A stretch of 53,728 nt of DNA from Octopus bimaculoides (Eukaryota): the NCBI RefSeq assembly GCF_001194135.2, contig NC_068989.1, positions 73,551,790 through 73,605,517 of the forward strand. Direction: 5' to 3'. The first letter of the stretch is position 1. Each line of letters opens with the position of its first letter. Position numbers and translations under genes: made by a program. A model generated the notes under the pieces. The model saw nothing but the letters and a program-made list of their open reading frames with translations, was not told the origin of the DNA and did no database searches. This document shows positions 50,410 through 53,728 of this stretch, piece by piece.

Positions 50410-51905
50410 TTCAAGTTTATTACTGGATATTAATTACCATGAACACGTTCTACCATCCTAATATTGAACATTCTCTCTTCTTTATATTTGCCATATGCTG
50501 CTGCTGCTACCACCACCATCACTATTACTTATATGGATTTAAGTAAATATATATTGCAGTGATTAGTTAAATGCATAAAGAGTTGTTGTTTAGCCCCAGG
50601 TCGTCTCTAATTGAGCAATCCTATGATCAATGTTCCCTTAAAGTTGTAATTTGTGCATGCACACATGTTTTGCAACTAACACACAAAAGAAGAAGAAGAT
50701 ATAATGGACTCAAGGTTTTCAAGATAAAATCAAATGTTTTTAATTGAAGAAATCAGTCACAGGTGTGGTTGTGTGATTAAAAATGTTGCTTATCAGTCAC
50801 AGGATTTCAGATTCAGCCCCACTGCATGGCGTGTTGGGAAAGTGCTTTCAGATATAGTCTTGAGCTGACCAATGCTTTGTGAATGAATTCGAGAGACAGA
50901 AACTTGAAAGAACCTCATTTTGTGTATATTAATTTGTTCATTGTGGTTAGGGTATTCACCTCAAGATTGTAAGGTTGTGAGTTTGATTCTTGGTGGCACA
51001 TTGTATCCTTGAGCAAGACACTTTATTTCACATTGCTTCAGCCTACTCAACTGCCAAAAATGAGTTGTACCCATAATTCAAAGGCCAGCCTTGTCGCATC
51101 CTGCATCACACTGAATCTCCCTGAGGACTATGTAGAGGATATCCATGTTTGAGAGTGTTCAGCCACTTACATGTTAATTACATGAGCTGACTGTTCCATT
51201 GATTAGATCAACTGGAACCCCACCCTCTTTGTAACTGATGGAGTGCTAGTACATACACACTCTTGTATATATGTATGTGTGTATACACATGTGCGTATGT
51301 TTGTATGTATGTGTGTGATTGTGTATTTCTGTGTGTCTGTTTGTCTTGTCATTACATGGCAGTCGTTTCTCTGTCATAGAAGCAGGTTAATTCGTTTCCA
51401 GTATTCTTGCCATGGAGAAACATTTCCTTGCTTCAAAGTAATAAGCTCTGTCCAGTATGTACAAGCATGGAAAAATGGACATTTGAATGATAATTATTAT
51501 TATTATATTGAAGGGCAGTAGGACAACAAGCTGACAGAATTGTTAGCACGCCAAGCAAAATGCTTAGTGGCATTTCGTCTGTCTTTACATTCTGAGTTCA
51601 AATTCTGCCAAGGTTGACTTTATCTTTCATCCTTACACTGCGGTCAATGTACTAGTCAATCGACTTGTCCCCGCCCCCAAAATTTCAGGCCTTGTTCCTT
51701 TAGTAGAAAGGATTATGATGAAAAGCAGTGAGCTGCTAGAGTCGGGCAAAATGCTTCGTTCAAATTCTGCGGAGGTTATCTTCACTGGTCATCCTTTTGG
51801 GGTTGATAAAATATGTTCCAGTTGAGCACTGCAGTCAATGTAATTGACTTACCACCTCCCCCCAAATCGCTGGCCATGTGCCAAAATTTTAAATTATTAT
51901 TCTTT

Positions 51906-52167
51906 TACATTATTTCCATTTGACATATTTGTCCTCATCTTGTTTGTTGTTAACACGTTTCAGCTGATATACCCTCCAGCCTTCATCAGGTGTCTTGGGG
52001 AAATTTCAAACCTGGGTTCTCACTCCTAAAGTATTTTTCAATGCTATTGTTATTATTATTATTATTACTATTATTATTATTATTGTTATTGCTCAGGTCA
52101 CTGCTTGGAGTCGAACTCGGAATGTTGGGGTTAGTAGCCCACACTCTTAACCACTATGCCATATGCC
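51906..52167 (-). mobile_element. tRNA-headed SINE with (AAT)n linker and hammerhead-containing 3' module
   Basis: Minus strand: GGCATATGGCATAGTGGTTAAG (A box) ... GAGTTCGACTCC (B box), then (AAT)n, then gaaaaatac...gacacCTGATGAaggctggagggtatatcagctGAAACGTgttaac. Confidence 0.75.
51951..51993 (-). ncRNA. Minimal type I hammerhead motif, inverted partner copy
   Basis: acac-CTGATGA-a-GGCTG..CAGCT-GAAACGT-gtt. ACGT is intact, but 3 nt are missing around the cleavage site relative to the + copy. Confidence 0.6.
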
Positions 52168-52179
52168 AGTGATCTGAAC

Positions 52180-52222
<43 letters not shown>

Positions 52223-52394
52223 TTGAAAAATACCTTAGGAATGAGAACCCAGGCTCGAAATTTCCCCAAGACACCTGATGAAGGCTGGAGGGTATATCAG
52301 CCGAAATGTTGTGTTAACAACAAACAAGATGAGGACAAATATCTGTCAAATGTAAATAATGTACATAATTCCTCATCTCTTAAATATAGAACTG
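52168..52394 (+). mobile_element. Second, 5'-truncated copy of the same element, fused head-to-head in inverted orientation
   Basis: Begins at agtgatctgaac (end of the tRNA head), continues (AAT)n and the same 3' module. Reverse complement of 51906-52105. Confidence 0.75.
52271..52314 (+). ncRNA. Minimal type I hammerhead ribozyme motif (Penelope-associated type)
   Basis: acac-CTGATGA-a-GGCTG(gagggtatat)CAGCC-GAAA-tg-TT-gtgt. Stem I acac/gtgt, stem II 5 bp. The helix III palindrome ACGT is altered to ATGT. Confidence 0.7.
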
Positions 52395-53071
52395 TATTAT
52401 TATTATGATGATGAGAAATCATATGCTTTCATAATAACAACAAAAACGAGAATCAGTAACAGAGAATCAATAACCAAGCAGCAGCAGTGACAACAGCAAC
52501 AGAAGCAGCACACAAAAATAACTATAACAACAGCAGTAATGATAACACCATCAGCAGCAACAACAACAGCTACAGCGACACAACCACCACCACCAACAAC
52601 AACAGCAACATTAACAACTACAACAACCATAGCAACAACAACAACAGTAACCTCAACCACCATCACCATCACCACCACAACAACAACAATAACAACTACA
52701 AAATTAACAATAACAAAAACAGCAACAACATCGATAAAACATGGTGCTTCTTGTTAAAACTGTCCCAGGGTTTTATATCAGTGGTATCAGCAAGTATACA
52801 TGCAGCTGCACCTTCCATTTCCTTATAAACTCAACTCCCCAGATGTTGTATCAGAGCAGCTGTTCCTGAAATTTGATATACGTACAATACACTGCTGTAG
52901 TTATGTGTCAATGGTGGCAAACTTTTCAGTTTGCCAAATCGTTCCCTTTCTGCTTCAGTCTTAAGACATGTGCAATGGATTACTTGCATCCAAAGTTTCC
53001 ACAATTTTGTAAAATGCTTTTGATTATTTAATCAAACTCTAATTTGTTTGGCGGTGATAGTAATGCTAGTG

Positions 53072-53108
<37 letters not shown>

Positions 53109-53696
53109 TCTGTGTGTGTGTCTGTGTGTGTGAGGCCAGTGGCTTCTTTCAGTGCTGTAGTTTTTATTTTGTATGTGCCTGTGATGTGTTACTGTGTATA
53201 TGCTTTCAGTTTGTGTTAGGGTGTGTGTGTATGTGCATATGTGTGTGTGTGATAGAAAGAAAGGAGTGAGAGAGAGTGGCCTTAAGTCCCATTGTGAATG
53301 AATGCTTTTTGTGTCTGTATGTATGTATGTATGTATGGATGTGTGAGTAGCTACGAGTGAATACTTATGTGTGTACGTGTACACTAACACACTCACAAAT
53401 GCATATAAATATGCAATATGCAAACATCCACCCATACGCACACACACACGTGTGTGTGTGTGTGTGCATAGCTGTGTGGTAAGAAGCTGGCTTCTCAACC
53501 ACATTATTCTGTCCCACTGCATGACACCTTGGGATACAGCCTCAGGCCGACCAAAGCCTTGTGAGTCAATTTGGTAGACAGAAACTGAAAGAAGCCTGTC
53601 AGCCTGTCATAAATATATAGGTGTGTGTGTGTGTACATATATATATATACACACACATATGCATATATATATGTATATGTGTATATTTATATATAT

Positions 53697-53728
<32 letters not shown>

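Noticed and set aside
52740-53030. Minus-strand open stretch LWKLWMQVIHCTCLKTEAERERFGKLK...
   Set aside because: No recognisable domain or consistent splice sites.

Overview
AT-rich, microsatellite-dense animal genomic DNA with many N gaps. The SINE/RTE repeat repertoire points to a coleoid cephalopod, most likely Octopus (inference). The only protein-coding sequence I can support is two 53-nt + strand exons of an alkaline ceramidase, ACER3-like (9553-9605 VGVGSWCFHMTLLYSMQ; 33547-33599 LLDELPMIWGTSFLVYS), joined in frame across a 23,941-nt intron. The rest appears to be intron of this gene. It is filled with at least five tRNA-headed SINE families, RTE-clade LINE fragments, hAT and Tc1/mariner-type MITEs, minisatellites and simple repeats. 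All long ORFs in the supplied track are repeat, gap or transposon artefacts. The most interesting signal is a set of seven minimal hammerhead-ribozyme-like motifs of the Penelope-associated, palindromic-helix-III type, from six unrelated sequence contexts. Two of them sit in a tRNA-headed SINE arranged as a fold-back (51906-52394), and one shows a swapped G3-C8 catalytic-core pair (18586-18636). Inverted SINE pairs bracket the two exons. Repeat boundaries are read by eye and are approximate unless target-site duplications (TSDs) are given.
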